A DNA stretch of 38,845 nt from Candidatus Hydrothermales bacterium (GTDB lineage: Bacteria > Hydrothermota > Hydrothermia > Hydrothermales > JAJRUZ01). The position numbers were made by a program, and so were the translations under genes. The stretch lies in NCBI GenBank assembly GCA_039630575.1, contig JBCNUW010000018.1, positions 1 through 38,845 on the forward strand, in the 5' to 3' direction. The stretch's first letter is position 1, and each line of letters opens with the position of its first letter. The notes beneath the pieces are model-generated. The model worked only from the letters and a program-made list of their open reading frames with translations, was not told the DNA's origin and did no database searches. Of this stretch, positions 38,449-38,845 are shown piece by piece.

Positions 38449-38845
38449 TTTACGATTATAAAGTAAGGATTGGAACCGCTTCAAGTTTATATAATTATAT
38501 AAAAGAATGATGTTATTTACCAAATTTCATATCGTTTATAGTTTAGACTTTTAAAGAAAACATATTATTTTCGGAGTATCAGCAAATTTTAAGTTTTGAA
38601 ACACAGTGAGAGTTTACAAAAACTACTTTCTTTAACTTTGGTTATGTTTGCCATTTTTAGGCAAAAATTAAATTTTTGGTGCTGAAATAGCAAAAAAACT
38701 TTTGTGCTTTTTGCTCTTTTGTTTGTATACCTACATATCCTATTATCATAAAAAAAGTAAATGGGCATATATTTATTTGAGAAAGTAATTCATGAGATTT
38801 TTAGGGTGAAGGTGGACAAAATTTTCTCGGTGGAGAAAATTAAAA

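Noticed and set aside
1..38845. CRISPR array, integrase/prophage, DGR or retron
   Set aside because: No regularly spaced repeats, cas genes, recombinase, reverse transcriptase or TR/VR pair were seen by eye.

Overview
AT-rich bacterial chromosomal segment. The T9SS-like C-terminal domains, tandem GWxTD proteins, lolC/D, murJ and K/E-rich proteins suggest a diderm, probably thermophilic FCB-adjacent lineage such as WOR-3; this taxonomy is inference only. From ~10.7 kb onward the window is mostly intact housekeeping: rnpB, M1 aminopeptidase, LuxC-like reductase, prfB-lysS-lolC/E-lolD-mcsA-mcsB-MerR-ParB-like, lon, hsp20, DUF4910 peptidase, miaB, nucleotidyltransferase, pgi/pmi, valS, ccdA, DUF5362, two GWxTD genes, murJ, scpB and a fumarate hydratase beta subunit. 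The first ~10.7 kb is more accessory: an IS1634-like remnant, a decayed PD-(D/E)XK-like gene, tRNA-Asn-lipA, a beta-helix lipoprotein and two envelope genes. It also holds a decaying module in which an HTH-WYL regulator with a candidate operator lies divergent from MoxR AAA+, VWA, small WYL and SLOG genes. Main observations: (1) that WYL/AAA/VWA/WYL/SLOG module; (2) an in-frame block permutation in the beta-helix gene bounded by paired micro-repeats; (3) an RNase P RNA apparently lacking P18 but carrying two extra hairpins; (4) pervasive leaderless-type promoters, including overlapping divergent pairs; (5) prfB without its programmed frameshift; (6) a G1-C72 tRNA-Asn abutting lipA. All calls come from manual reading; no searches were run.
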